64,000 nt of DNA, taken from Pseudomonadota bacterium (lineage in GTDB: Bacteria > Pseudomonadota > Gammaproteobacteria > Steroidobacterales > Woeseiaceae). The position numbers and the translations under genes were made by a program. Below, piece by piece: positions 1 through 10,372 of this stretch. Under the pieces are notes generated by a model. That model was not told the origin of the DNA. It saw only the letters and a list, made by a program, of their open reading frames with translations, and made no database searches. The stretch lies in the NCBI GenBank assembly GCA_022563505.1, contig JADFNG010000004.1:581-64580 (forward strand). Reading direction: 5' to 3'. Every line of letters starts with the position of its first letter. Within the stretch, counting starts at the first letter, position 1.

Positions 1-256
1 TAAAATTGAGAGTTGAGCGTTGATTCTCTCCTGCTTTGGAAACAGAGCCTTCTACTTGGTCTTCATGAAGGATATCGCTAAGTTGATCCTCCAAGATTTG
101 ACGCTTTTCTTTTTGCTCAGCCGATTTTGAAGCAGGAATGGTTTTTAAAACACGACTTGTACTATATTTAATATTAGACATAGACCCAACAGTACCTAAA
201 TATCTATACGTATTAGTATTAAATCGCATATAAATGGCCTCTTCGTCAACATTCAT
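1..256 (-). CDS. partial hypothetical protein; ORF runs off the window start
   Basis: ATG at 256-254 followed by 85 stop-free codons to the window edge (MNVDEEAIYMRFNTNTYRYLG...). AT-rich with no recognisable motif. Absent from the ORF track because no stop lies in the window. Confidence 0.25.
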   Translation of the reverse strand, partial: MNVDEEAIYMRFNTNTYRYLGTVGSMSNIKYSTSRVLKTIPASKSAEQKEKRQILEDQLSDILHEDQVEGSVSKAGENQRSTLNF

Positions 257-304
257 TTACTGTTTTTTTGATAAATTTCTCTTGGTTTTGAGCTTGATTT
301 AGAT

Positions 305-700
305 ATGAATCAGGTACTTTTGAACATTTTTATAAACGCATTAGATGCGATCAATGCTAAGCAAACAGAGCAGGAGCACTTTCTTGAGATAACGACAGGC
401 CTTGAAGGTGGGATGGTCGAGATTAGAGTCAGTGATACAGGAATTGGAATGAGCCCTGAAGTCTGTAAACGTGCTTTCGAATCGTTCTTTACTACCAAGG
501 AAATCGGCAAGATAGAGGACACCGAGTTCGGGCTGTTTCGAGAGAGCGAGAGAGACGACGTGGTGTTTGAGGACAGACACTTCCGGCTTTCAGGGGCCAG
601 ACTCACTAGCCGAAAGACCTACAGCGACGACGAGCAACGGGAGCCAGACATTTTGTGTTTTCATTATTATTCTCCGCAAAAAACTATGGTTAATAACTGA
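305..700 (+). pseudogene. histidine-kinase ATPase-domain fragment (HATPase_c remnant)
   Basis: N-box-like LLNIFINALDA, G1-box DTGIGM and FESFFTTKE are present. The sequence after ...KEIGK loses the expected GxGLGL/G2 region. No HisKA/H-box lies upstream. The local region is AT-rich. Confidence 0.5.
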
Positions 701-720
701 CAATGTGCAGCGAGAGTCAG

Positions 721-1356
721 TTAATTCTTTCTACGAAAGTAGCAATAGAGATACATTTGCTCAACGCCACCCGGCGTGACATGCAGTTCTTTGTCGTGGC
801 GCTGCAACTCGAATTCCCCACCCAGCACGTTGTTTAGCTTCTCATGAGTATATCGCTGTATGGGCAGCCCACTGCACTTCGGCGGTGCTTCCGGAGCGAA
901 CGTACCGATAATGAGATGTCCGCCCGGCTTCAATGCATTGAGAAGGTTGTCTCGATACGATTGTTGCTGGTCGAGCTCGGTCAGAAAATGGAAGGCGGCT
1001 CGGTCATGCCACAGTTCGTAATGATGGCTTGGCAAATCAATTGAAGTGATGTCGCCATTCAACCAGGTGATCGCCTCTCCCGTTGCGCCCAATCTTGCCC
1101 TTGCCACTTCCAGCGCCTCTTCCGATATATCCAGCACCGAGATCGATCGGTGGCCTGCGTTGAGTAGATCGTCGACTAATGTGGATACGCCACCGCCAAC
1201 ATCAATGATCGGCGCCTCCGCTTCCAGGCCGAGCTCCTTTATCCAGGCAATAGATGTTTGCAAATGAGGCTTGTACCAGCCCAAAGCGTCGGCCGGTTTG
1301 CTTGAGTAGACTCCTTCCCAATGAGTTTTTTTATTCATTTCGAACAATCCCGGCAT
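721..1356 (-). CDS. class I SAM-dependent methyltransferase
   Basis: 211-aa ORF with SAM-binding motif I IIDVGGGVSTLVDDLL and the typical downstream acidic loop VLDIS. Confidence 0.8.
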   Translation of the reverse strand: MPGLFEMNKKTHWEGVYSSKPADALGWYKPHLQTSIAWIKELGLEAEAPIIDVGGGVSTLVDDLLNAGHRSISVLDISEEALEVARARLGATGEAITWLNGDITSIDLPSHHYELWHDRAAFHFLTELDQQQSYRDNLLNALKPGGHLIIGTFAPEAPPKCSGLPIQRYTHEKLNNVLGGEFELQRHDKELHVTPGGVEQMYLYCYFRRKN

Positions 1357-1465
1357 GACTTTAATGAAATTGCTGTGGATGAAACGGTCGCGTCCAAGCC
1401 AGCATGCTTACTGCACAACAACGAAAATACAAAATTGCTTCTATCCAGGTCGAAGCGCAAAAATG

Positions 1466-1493
1466 CAAAAAAGCCCCCGCTATCGGGGGCTTT
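1466..1493 (-). terminator. rho-independent terminator
   Basis: GCCCCCG-CTAT-CGGGGGC hairpin (1473-1490), followed on the minus strand by TTTTTT. Confidence 0.6.
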
Positions 1494-1827
1494 CAGGATC
1501 CCATTCAACCCCGCCAACGAGCAAGCAACCCGCAGGAACCCGCCAGACCGGTTAACTCGCTGCCGAAGCATAGAAACGATTATCGGCGCACTCTGCTACC
1601 TCATTAAGCGCCACCTGAATCGCTTCGCCTTCTTTTGTATCATCAAGTGCCGATTTCGCGGCCGCCCAGGATTCAAGGCTCGGATCTGAATTGCTGGCAC
1701 GAACATCGACCTTATACTGTCGCCGGAAACTGGCGCGGACACGATTCCCGGACTCTCCGCAAGGAAATGCTCACAGGTCAACAATTGGGAGGGACGAATC
1801 GAGGCTTGAGCCCGATCCTGCCTATCA

Positions 1828-2721
1828 TCAAGTATTCGTCAACTTACTCAGATAGTCACGGAATGCAGGCCCAATTTCACTGTGGGCAAGGCCATAGGCG
1901 ACCGTGGCCTGCAGGTAGCCCAACTTGCTGCCACAGTCGTAACGATCGCCTTTAAACGCAAATGCGTACACTGGATGATCCAGCAGCAAATCGGCAATGG
2001 CATCGGTAAGCTGTATCTCTCCGCCGGCCCCGCGACCCGTCGTTTCCAGTTTGTTGAAAATCTCCGGTGCCAGCAGATAGCGGCCAACGACGGCCTGATC
2101 CGACGGTGCGTCCTCTGGCTGAGGTTTCTCGACAATGCTCACAATGCGTTGTGACTGACTGCCATCGTCGTCAAGTCCGACAATGCCATAACTTGATGTG
2201 TTCTCGTGCGGCACCTTCTCGACCGCGACGATGCTGCCACCGTGCTTCTGGTAATCGTCCGCCATTTGTTTGAGGCAGGGCGGTTCTCCCGCAATCAAGT
2301 CATCTGCAAGGTGTACAAAAAACGGTTCGTCGCCCACAGCGGGACGCGCACAAAGTACGGCATGGCCCAAGCCCAAAGGTTCACCCTGGCGAATGTAGAT
2401 ACAGGACACCCCTTGCGGCACGATGTTGCGTATCGATTCAAGAAGATCTGTCTTGCCGGATTCAGTCAATGCCCGCTCGAGTTCAGCATCCGTATCGAAA
2501 TGGTCCTCGATTGCTCGTTTCGAACTGCCCGTAACAAAAATGAGCTTGGTCGCGCCGGCGGCAACGGCCTCCTCCACGGCATACTGAATGAGTGGCTTGT
2601 CCACAACAGGCATCATTTCTTTCGGGCTGGCTTTCGTGGCAGGCAAGAAGCGTGTGCCGCGTCCGGCAACGGGAAAGACGGCAGATCGAATGGGTGCTGG
2701 CAAGAACTCTCTCCAAATCAA
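1828..2721 (-). CDS. galU: UTP--glucose-1-phosphate uridylyltransferase
   Basis: [39 protein letters not shown] matches the GalU N-terminal signature; 297 aa. Confidence 0.9.
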   Translation of the reverse strand: MIWREFLPAPIRSAVFPVAGRGTRFLPATKASPKEMMPVVDKPLIQYAVEEAVAAGATKLIFVTGSSKRAIEDHFDTDAELERALTESGKTDLLESIRNIVPQGVSCIYIRQGEPLGLGHAVLCARPAVGDEPFFVHLADDLIAGEPPCLKQMADDYQKHGGSIVAVEKVPHENTSSYGIVGLDDDGSQSQRIVSIVEKPQPEDAPSDQAVVGRYLLAPEIFNKLETTGRGAGGEIQLTDAIADLLLDHPVYAFAFKGDRYDCGSKLGYLQATVAYGLAHSEIGPAFRDYLSKLTNT

Positions 2722-2871
2722 GGCAGATAAGTCTGCATCATAGCCAATTCAACCTGCCGTTTGCAGGCAACCGGTCACAGTCGCTAGTGCAACCCCGCCA
2801 TGCAATGTGTCTACGCCGGGCAAGCCGACGCAGACATCACAAACACGAGGATTTTATTGCGCGAGGAAAGC

Positions 2872-3150
2872 CTATTTTGCGGCTGTTTTTACCAATATGT
2901 TCTCGGCATTTATTTCAATCGTTCTCACGCCGATTCCCTTCACTTGCATCAGGTCTGCAGGCGTCTTGAACGGGCCGTGAGCCTTGCGATACTCGACAAT
3001 CGCTTGCGCCTTTGTCATGCCCACACCTTTTAACTCAGCGGAGATCGTCTCGGCAGTTGCCGTATTGACATCCACGGGCCCGGCAAATGAAGCCAGGGGA
3101 AAAAGACATGCGCAGGCGATGGATAAGAGGACCTGTTTTGATCGATTCAT
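2872..3150 (-). CDS. comEA: ComEA-family helix-hairpin-helix DNA-binding protein with signal peptide
   Basis: Signal peptide followed by VDVNTATAETISAELKGVGMTKAQAIVEYRKAHGPFKTPADLMQVKGIG, a tandem HhH pattern. Confidence 0.75.
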   Translation of the reverse strand: MNRSKQVLLSIACACLFPLASFAGPVDVNTATAETISAELKGVGMTKAQAIVEYRKAHGPFKTPADLMQVKGIGVRTIEINAENILVKTAAK

Positions 3151-3359
3151 GGTTTGCTCCCTTGATCGTGCATTTCAAATTACCGCTGCAGTCATTTACA
3201 GCGATGTCACGACGAAGAGCTTAGTGCGGGTGAGCGAAGTTGGCATGCAGTGAAATTGCTGGCTTCGGTATGAAATGAGTCGGGATGCGGTTGGAATCGA
3301 GGGATTGAGTTTCTTCTCCATTGACGTTAGCCAAACCACTCTCGCGCCTCAGGCGAGCG

Positions 3360-4565
3360 CTAGCGGGCGATGCCACTGCGTTGCAGTAGCGTATCGAACT
3401 GAACACTGGCAAAAGGACGTTGCGTTTCCCAGTCTTTGCAACTCGGGCATTGCCACAGCAGTCGCTGACTCGAAAAACCGCATTCCCTGCATTGATAGCG
3501 CGGCGTGGCAGCCGCAAGTTTGCTCAATCCAGCCCGCACTCTCACCATCGCCTTGCGGCGACTTTCTTCCTCCTCTCCGGCCATGACCTGCATGTCAATA
3601 AATTCGACCAGTGTGGGCTCGTTCAACATGTATTCTTCGACGCATTCGTCGATCACATCGATTCCACCGATGTCATTCACAATCGCTGCATAGGCAATGT
3701 CTTTTTTCAGTGCCGGATTCTTCTTGAACAAGGAGCGCAAACTCTTGTCGAGTTTCGCGGTCGAGCCGTCACTCTGGTAGGTCGCCACCAAGCGCGGCAA
3801 TGCCTCCGATATCAGATAGCTGTTCTCCTCGATAATTCGATGATACAAGCGCAATGCTGTTTTCGTATCATTGGTGGCACGAGCAATATCCCCCCGCGCC
3901 AGCGCCCCCCGGAACGTCCGTGGTCGACCGCGCTGCGCTTTTTTTACGAATCCTCGCGCCGCCGCATAATCTTTTTCATCGACCGCTTGCTCCGCGAGTT
4001 CACAATAATAATGTGCGATTTGCAGTGCAGTTGACTTTCCGCTGAGCACGTCGAGCCTCTGGCTTGCGTCGATCGCCTTTTGCCACTCGTGCTCCTGTTC
4101 ATAGATGCGGCACAATTGCTGCAGAGCCTCTACCTGGTAGCGCGATCCCGCGGCAAGTCGAATGAACATGTTCTCGGCTCGATCGAGCAGCCCGGCTTTC
4201 AGATAATCCTTCGCAAGCGAGGACCAGGCCTGATCGCGTTGCTCTGCCGCAAGATCCGGACGCGCAATAATATTCTGGTGAATGCGGATGGCGCGATCCA
4301 CTTCGCCCCGCCGCCGAAACAGGTTGCCAAGGGCAAAGTGAGTTTCGATCGTACTGTCATCGACCCGGACCATTTTCATGAAATGCTCCAGCGCCTGGTC
4401 GGTTTGCTCATTGAGCAGAAAATTGAGACCTTTGAGGTAATCGATATTCAGCGGTGGCGGCACACCGTCCACATCGTCGCGCTCGCCGAAATGACCCAGT
4501 GCCCAACCCGCCGCAGCAAGCAGCAGGAACAGTCCCGCAAGAAAAAAGGTCGATTCAGTCGGCAT
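3360..4565 (-). CDS. lapB: lipopolysaccharide assembly protein LapB (TPR plus C-terminal rubredoxin-like zinc site)
   Basis: N-terminal TM helix, TPR repeats and C-terminal YQCRECGFSSQRLLWQCPSCKDW. The start is set at the internal MPTESTFFLAG (ATG 4565) rather than the longest ORF. It lies immediately downstream of lapA. Confidence 0.85.
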   Translation of the reverse strand: MPTESTFFLAGLFLLLAAAGWALGHFGERDDVDGVPPPLNIDYLKGLNFLLNEQTDQALEHFMKMVRVDDSTIETHFALGNLFRRRGEVDRAIRIHQNIIARPDLAAEQRDQAWSSLAKDYLKAGLLDRAENMFIRLAAGSRYQVEALQQLCRIYEQEHEWQKAIDASQRLDVLSGKSTALQIAHYYCELAEQAVDEKDYAAARGFVKKAQRGRPRTFRGALARGDIARATNDTKTALRLYHRIIEENSYLISEALPRLVATYQSDGSTAKLDKSLRSLFKKNPALKKDIAYAAIVNDIGGIDVIDECVEEYMLNEPTLVEFIDMQVMAGEEEESRRKAMVRVRAGLSKLAAATPRYQCRECGFSSQRLLWQCPSCKDWETQRPFASVQFDTLLQRSGIAR

Positions 4566-4857
4566 TGTCGATCGGCAGACTGCGCAAACTGGTAACTTCG
4601 GCTGCTGATTTTCGGAGTGCCGCACGCAGGCGCCGTTGCTCGTTGGCCTGTTTGAATGAATAAAAAGTCATGCTCAGGAGACCGAAGGCCCAGCCCAGGA
4701 CAAAGGTGACGGCAAGGGCCAGCGGGATCGACGGCTGAATCGTGCCGAACGCCAGGTCAATGTTCATATCCCCGGGATTAATGCTCGTAAACCAGGCCAT
4801 CAAGACAAAAATAACCAGGACCAGCCCGATCACACCAATTCGCATGAGCATGCGCAC
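4555..4857 (-). CDS. lapA: lipopolysaccharide assembly protein LapA (small two-TM protein)
   Basis: 100-aa two-TM protein directly upstream of and overlapping lapB, downstream of ihfB. This is the conserved ihfB-lapA-lapB order. Confidence 0.7.
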   Translation of the reverse strand: MRMLMRIGVIGLVLVIFVLMAWFTSINPGDMNIDLAFGTIQPSIPLALAVTFVLGWAFGLLSMTFYSFKQANEQRRLRAALRKSAAEVTSLRSLPIDNAD

Positions 4858-4978
4858 GCTCCAACCGATTTGCGGACGAAGAATCGTCCCGTTGACTGAC
4901 AGTTTATGGGTTTCGGCAACTTATGGTAAGACGTGGCCAACAATGGATTCCAATTGCAGACCCATCCGGCCTGCGGTC

Positions 4979-5281
4979 TCAGCTCTTTATCGGAAAGCCC
5001 CGGCTCGCATTGACGCGCTCACGGAGATCCTTTCCCGGCTTGAAATGTGGCACATATTTTCCAGAGAGCGCCACCGCCTCACCGGTCTTGGGATTGCGAC
5101 CAATGCGTGGCGGCCGAAAATGCAGCGAAAAGCTGCCAAAACCACGAATCTCAATGCGCTCGCCACGGCCCAGCGCATCACTCATTAAATCCAGAAGGTG
5201 CTTCACCGCCAGCTCAACATCTTTCGCCGGCAAATGCTTTTGCTTTCGGGCGATCAATTCAATGAGTTCAGATTTCGTCAT
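4979..5281 (-). CDS. ihfB: integration host factor subunit beta
   Basis: MTKSELIE...[29 protein letters not shown] is the classic IHF/HU fold signature. It lies downstream of rpsA. Confidence 0.95.
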   Translation of the reverse strand: MTKSELIELIARKQKHLPAKDVELAVKHLLDLMSDALGRGERIEIRGFGSFSLHFRPPRIGRNPKTGEAVALSGKYVPHFKPGKDLRERVNASRGFPIKS

Positions 5282-5346
5282 GATCCGTTTCGCTTAATTC
5301 CTCTGAGTTCTTGTCGCGTAAGCTGTCGATTATAAAGGAAATATAA

Positions 5347-5365
5347 CCCGGACCGGAGGTCCGGG
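5347..5365 (-). terminator. hairpin downstream of rpsA
   Basis: CCCGGACC-GGA-GGTCCGGG hairpin 14 nt after the rpsA stop, followed on the minus strand by a T-rich tract (TTATATTT). Confidence 0.5.
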
Positions 5366-5378
5366 CCACTTTATTTTC

Positions 5379-7061
5379 CTATTTTGATCCGCCGCCCATC
5401 TTTTCCTTGAGCAGTTCACCCAACGTCGTACCCGTTGAGACCGCGCCCGCTTCTGATTTATAACTCTTCAGTGCTTCTTGTTCCTCGTGGACTTCCTTGG
5501 CTTTGATCGATAACGAAACGCTGCGGTTCTTGCGATCCACATTCGTGAACCGCGCTTCAACCTCATCGCCGACCTTGATCATCGTGCGAGCATCTTCAAC
5601 TTGATCCGTCCCCAGTTCAGAAGCGCGCAGCGTACCAGTAACACCGTCGCCTAAATCGACGATAGCGGCACGAGCATCGACCTCGATAACCTTGCCTTTG
5701 ACGACCGAATTCTTCGGATTCTTCGCCAACCATCCTGAGAACGGATCTTTGTCCAGTTGCTTGATGCCCAGTGAAATGCGTTCACGATCAGAATCGATGG
5801 CCAAAACAGCCGCTTCGATTTCCTGACCCTTCTTATAGTTGTGAACCGCTTCTTCCCCGGGAATATCCCAGGAAATATCCGACAAATGCACCAGGCCGTC
5901 GATGCCGCCGTCAAGACCGATGAAGATACCGAAGTCCGTAATAGACTTGATCTGTCCAGTAACCTTGTCGCCACGATTCACCTCTGCGGAGAACTGTGCC
6001 CACGGATTTGCCTTACACTGTTTGATGCCGAGTGAAATACGTCGACGCTCTTCATCGATTTCGAGTACCAGAACCTCAACATCTTCACCAACCTGAACAA
6101 CCTTCGACGGGTTTACGTTCTTGTTGGTCCAGTCCATCTCGGATACGTGAACCAGGCCTTCAACACCCTCTTCAATCTCAACGAAGCAACCGTAGTCGGC
6201 AATATTCGTAATCTTGCCAAAGAGACGGGTATCGGGTGGGTAGCGACGCGCAAGATCATGCCAGGGATCATCGCCCAACTGCTTGATACCGAGTGAAACG
6301 CGTTGGCGTTCGCGGTCAAACTTCAGGATCTTGACATCAATTTCATCGCCAACATTGACGACGTCGGAAGGGTGCTTGACACGCTTCCACGCCATATCCG
6401 TAATGTGAAGCAGACCATCAATACCGCCGAGATCCACAAAGGCGCCGTAATCGGTCAGGTTCTTGACAATACCCTTAATGGTCTTGCCCTCCTGCAACGA
6501 TTCAAGCAGCGCTTCGCGTTCTTTACTGTATTCTTTCTCAACCACGGCCCGACGAGAAACCACAACGTTGTTGCGTCGCTGGTCCAGCTTGATGACTTTG
6601 AATTCAAGGGTCTTGCCTTCGAGGTACGAAGGATCACGTACCGGACGAACATCAACCAGGGACCCGGGCAGGAATGCTCGAACGTTGTCGATTTCGACCG
6701 TAAAGCCACCCTTCACCCGACCATTGATAACGCCGATGACAATTTCGCTGTCTTCGTAGGCTTTCTCAAGATCGATCCAGGTGCGTGCACGAATTGCTTT
6801 TTCGCGGGACAGTTTCGTCTCGCCAAATCCGTCTTCGACGGCATCGAGTGCAACTTCAATCTCGTCGCCGACAGCAATTTCGGCTTCGCCCTTGTCGTTG
6901 CGAAATTGTTCGATGGGGATGACAGCCTCGGATTTGAGACCGGCAGTGACGATAACTACGTCGTCATTAATAGCAACAATGGTGCCCATGATGATGGCAC
7001 CCGGCTTTATTTGTTGACTGGCAAATGTTTGTTCAAATAACTCAGCAAAACTCTCAGACAT
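5379..7061 (-). CDS. rpsA: 30S ribosomal protein S1
   Basis: Six S1 repeats. The start is set at [11 protein letters not shown] (ATG 7061), the canonical S1 N-terminus. Confidence 0.95.
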   Translation of the reverse strand: MSESFAELFEQTFASQQIKPGAIIMGTIVAINDDVVIVTAGLKSEAVIPIEQFRNDKGEAEIAVGDEIEVALDAVEDGFGETKLSREKAIRARTWIDLEKAYEDSEIVIGVINGRVKGGFTVEIDNVRAFLPGSLVDVRPVRDPSYLEGKTLEFKVIKLDQRRNNVVVSRRAVVEKEYSKEREALLESLQEGKTIKGIVKNLTDYGAFVDLGGIDGLLHITDMAWKRVKHPSDVVNVGDEIDVKILKFDRERQRVSLGIKQLGDDPWHDLARRYPPDTRLFGKITNIADYGCFVEIEEGVEGLVHVSEMDWTNKNVNPSKVVQVGEDVEVLVLEIDEERRRISLGIKQCKANPWAQFSAEVNRGDKVTGQIKSITDFGIFIGLDGGIDGLVHLSDISWDIPGEEAVHNYKKGQEIEAAVLAIDSDRERISLGIKQLDKDPFSGWLAKNPKNSVVKGKVIEVDARAAIVDLGDGVTGTLRASELGTDQVEDARTMIKVGDEVEARFTNVDRKNRSVSLSIKAKEVHEEQEALKSYKSEAGAVSTGTTLGELLKEKMGGGSK

Positions 7062-7182
7062 AAGATTAAACCAGAGAATCGTATTTGCGATTCTCACCCA
7101 TGTAAATCGTCGCGCCAATTCATTTGGCAGACGGTTACCTCAAGAACAGAGCAGCACCATCCGTGGCTGCTCCAACTAAAAA

Positions 7183-7878
7183 CTATTGACTCTCTTTGCA
7201 ACGCCCGCGAACCCACTCCAGCACAATTTGGGTCACTTCCTCGATCGTCAGCTTACTGGAATCCAGCACCCTGGCATCGTCGGCAGGCCGCAGCGGGTCG
7301 ATCAAACGTTCAGAATCTCGCCTGTCGCGAGCCGCTATGTCCCGCGAGAGGGCCGGAAGGCTAACATCAATACCCTTGTCCTTCAACTGCTTAAACCGCC
7401 TTTTAGCCCGCTCCACGGGCGTCGCAGTCAGGAACACTTTGACCTGCGCCTGCGGAAAAATTCGCGTGCCCATATCTCGTCCGTCAGCCACAAGCCCAGG
7501 CATTTGGCGGAAACTTTCCTGCAGGCCAACGAGTCCCTGGCGAACGGCCGGCAATACGGCCACTCGTGAGGCTCCGCGCCCACAATCTTCCGTACGAATC
7601 TCGCGGGTCACGTCCTCCGAGCCCAGCCAAATTTGCTCCTCCCCGTCTTCATTCGCATCAAAACGCACCGGCATGTTACCGGCAAGTTCACCGAGGGCTG
7701 AATTCGCATCGTCTGGAATCCCCTGCCGAACGGCCGACAGCGCGACCAGTCGATACAGTGCACCGCTATCGAGCAGGTGCCAGCCTAATGTCTGCGCTAC
7801 GCGGCGCGCGATCGTGCCTTTTCCGGAGCCACTGGGTCCATCGATCGTCAGAACGGGCGCCTCGGCTGTTGCCATCAC
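7183..7878 (-). CDS. cmk: (d)CMP kinase
   Basis: P-loop LTIDGPSGSGKGT. Position between aroA and rpsA. Confidence 0.9.
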   Translation of the reverse strand: MMATAEAPVLTIDGPSGSGKGTIARRVAQTLGWHLLDSGALYRLVALSAVRQGIPDDANSALGELAGNMPVRFDANEDGEEQIWLGSEDVTREIRTEDCGRGASRVAVLPAVRQGLVGLQESFRQMPGLVADGRDMGTRIFPQAQVKVFLTATPVERAKRRFKQLKDKGIDVSLPALSRDIAARDRRDSERLIDPLRPADDARVLDSSKLTIEEVTQIVLEWVRGRCKESQ

Positions 7879-9185
7879 GAGATCGATCCTTCCCGTTGCG
7901 TTATGTTAATTCCAAGCGACTGCAGGCAGGCTCTGAACCCCGGAAAGGAAGTATCAACGGTGGCCACGTCCTTGATTTGAACGGCCGCATCCGCCCGGGT
8001 CGCGGCAATGGCGAACGACATGGCGATGCGGTGATCACCTCGACTGTCAATTGTCGTCGCGGAGAAATCCCCCCCCTGGATCGCGACATCGTCGGGCCGC
8101 TCTTCAACGGTCATGCCGAGCGCTCTCAATCCCCGCACCATGGCATCAATGCGATCACTTTCCTTGACCCGCAATTCACCGATGCCGGTGAAGCGGGTCG
8201 TGCCACTGGCCGCCGCCGCCGCAATGAACAATATCGGAAACTCATCGATGGCAAGTGGCACCAGGGCCGGGTCGACGTCAATTCCATGCAATTCCGAGGA
8301 CCGCACACGGATATCCGCAACTGGTTCCTCTCCGAGCATGCGGGCATCCTCCAGAATAATCTCCCCTCCCATCTGCCGGAGAATCGCTATGACGCCGTTT
8401 CGCGTCGGGTTGACGCCAACGTTTTGCATCAGAAGCTCGCAATCAGGCGCGATCAGGGCAGCAACCATGAGAAAAGCCGCCGATGACAGATCGGCGGGCA
8501 CTTGCACACGGGTCGCTCGCAGGCTCTGTTCTCCCGGTAAGCGAATTCGGCCATCCTCGGCATCGAGCCTCACACCCATCGAGCGCAGCATGCGCTCGGT
8601 ATGATCCCGAGTGATGCCTGGCTCCGTAATGAAGGTTTCACCTTTCGCATACAGCCCGGCGAGAAGGATGGCGGATTTCACCTGCGCGCTCGCCACCGGT
8701 AACCGATAATTGATCCCGACCAGGGTCTTGCCCCCTTGCACCATCAACGGAGGCGTCCCTTCGTCGCTGCCAATGATCGCACCCATGGCGGACAAGGGCT
8801 TGATCACCCTGTTCATGGGCCGACCGGACAACGAGTCGTCGCCGGTCAGCGTGGTATCAAACGACTGGGCCGATAGCAGACCGGCAAAAAGGCGCATCGC
8901 CGTGCCCGAATTTCCAAGCTCCAGCGCACCCTCCGGTTGCTGCAGCCCATGCATGCCGACGCCGCTGATGCGCAGCGTTGTTGCATCCACTGCTTCGATT
9001 TCGACGCCCATATCGCGCAACGCCTGCAGCGTCGCACGACAATCCTCACCGGCAAGAAAACCCGTGACGTCGGTTTGTCCTGCAGCGATCGAACCCAGCA
9101 TCAAGGCTCGGTGTGAAATCGACTTGTCGCCCGGCACAGCCGCTGTGCCGCTTGCCAGGGCCGAGGGCAGTACCAGAAAATTCAC
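7875..9185 (-). CDS. aroA: 3-phosphoshikimate 1-carboxyvinyltransferase (EPSP synthase)
   Basis: VPGDKSISHRALMLGSIA motif; 436 aa; 4-nt overlap with cmk. Confidence 0.9.
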   Translation of the reverse strand: MNFLVLPSALASGTAAVPGDKSISHRALMLGSIAAGQTDVTGFLAGEDCRATLQALRDMGVEIEAVDATTLRISGVGMHGLQQPEGALELGNSGTAMRLFAGLLSAQSFDTTLTGDDSLSGRPMNRVIKPLSAMGAIIGSDEGTPPLMVQGGKTLVGINYRLPVASAQVKSAILLAGLYAKGETFITEPGITRDHTERMLRSMGVRLDAEDGRIRLPGEQSLRATRVQVPADLSSAAFLMVAALIAPDCELLMQNVGVNPTRNGVIAILRQMGGEIILEDARMLGEEPVADIRVRSSELHGIDVDPALVPLAIDEFPILFIAAAAASGTTRFTGIGELRVKESDRIDAMVRGLRALGMTVEERPDDVAIQGGDFSATTIDSRGDHRIAMSFAIAATRADAAVQIKDVATVDTSFPGFRACLQSLGINITQREGSIS

Positions 9186-9187
9186 AG

Positions 9188-10303
9188 CTAACTAACCGCT
9201 TTTGGATAAGCACCCAGGACACGAAACAGGGAACTCATTTCCTCAAGCTCAGCCAGGGCGCCCGACAACGGCATTTCTTCCGCATGGCCATCGAGGTCAA
9301 GAAAGAACACGTAATCCCAGTTCTGTTTGCGTGACGGTCGGGATTCAATGCGGGTTATGTTGATGCCTGTGGTGGCAAACGGTTGTAGCAGCGTGTGCAA
9401 CACACCGGCCCCTGCCCCTGTGTCGCTCGTTGAGACCAGGATCGTCGTCTTGTCTTCACCGCTGGCTGCAAGGAGTTTTCGTCCAATGACCAGAAACCGG
9501 GTGGCATTGTCCGCGCGATCCTCAATGTTGTTGACGAGGGTTTTCAGAGCGTAGACTTCGGCTGCCGTATCGCTGCCTATCGCCGCCGTGTCCGCTTCGT
9601 CACGTGCCCGGCGGGCGCCCACCGCATTGCTGCTCACACCGATCAATTCGACATCCGGCAAATACTCCCGCAACCAGCCGCGGCATTGAGCCAGCGCCTG
9701 TTCGTGGGCGCAGACGCGCTTGATTTTCTGCAAAGACTCCATCTTGCCCAGCAAATGCTGTTCAATTCGCATTTCAATTTCACCGCTTATCTTGAGTGGC
9801 GATGTCAGAAACATATCCAGCGTATTGTTGACCGTGCCTTCCGTTGAGTTCTCGATCGGTACGACGCCAAAATCGGCAGCACCCGATTCGACCTCCTGAA
9901 ATACTTCATCAATAGTGCCAAACGGCAAAGCCCGCACCGAGTGTCCAAAATGTTTGTAAACGGCCGTCTGGGTAAAGGTACCCTCCGGCCCAAGAAAACC
10001 CACCTTGAGCGGTTCCTGTTGCGCCAGGCAAGCCGACATGATTTCCCGAAACAGGCGCAGCATTTCTTCGTCACGCAACGGACCCTCATTGCGCGCGAGT
10101 ACTGCACGCAGCACCTCCGCTTCGCGTTCGGGCCTGTAATAGTCGACTGCCGAGGCGAGTTTGCCTTTCGAGATACCCACTTGCTGCGCGTAGCGCGCCC
10201 GCTCGTTGATCAATGACTGTATTTGACGGTCAACATCATCAATGCGCTTGCGCATTGCCGCAAGGTCGATTGAGCTCCCATCGTCTTTTGGCGCCTTGGC
10301 CAT
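9188..10303 (-). CDS. pheA: bifunctional chorismate mutase / prephenate dehydratase
   Basis: N-terminal chorismate-mutase helix (LAAMRKRIDDVDRQIQSLINERARYAQQV), a PDT domain and a C-terminal ACT domain (NITRIESRPS). Confidence 0.9.
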   Translation of the reverse strand: MAKAPKDDGSSIDLAAMRKRIDDVDRQIQSLINERARYAQQVGISKGKLASAVDYYRPEREAEVLRAVLARNEGPLRDEEMLRLFREIMSACLAQQEPLKVGFLGPEGTFTQTAVYKHFGHSVRALPFGTIDEVFQEVESGAADFGVVPIENSTEGTVNNTLDMFLTSPLKISGEIEMRIEQHLLGKMESLQKIKRVCAHEQALAQCRGWLREYLPDVELIGVSSNAVGARRARDEADTAAIGSDTAAEVYALKTLVNNIEDRADNATRFLVIGRKLLAASGEDKTTILVSTSDTGAGAGVLHTLLQPFATTGINITRIESRPSRKQNWDYVFFLDLDGHAEEMPLSGALAELEEMSSLFRVLGAYPKAVS

Positions 10304-10372
10304 CTTTCTACCTATTCAACAGATTAGACATACTATCTTCGGAATCACGCTGCACACTCAGCCGATATTCGT

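Noticed and set aside
3360-4625. N-terminally extended starts given by the longest-ORF track for lapB, rpsA, yciO, rpsO, rbfA, rimP, mtaD, phaR, the thioesterase, the sulfatases, the lipoprotein and the IS110 transposase
   Set aside because: Internal ATGs reproduce the canonical N-termini or signal peptides, and several have an RBS. The extensions overlap upstream genes or terminators.
6303-7040. 245-aa plus-strand ORF, and similar ORFs at 7196..7909, 7566..8486 and 39600..40424
   Set aside because: They lie antisense to rpsA, cmk/aroA and the iminopeptidase gene, and are shadow ORFs.
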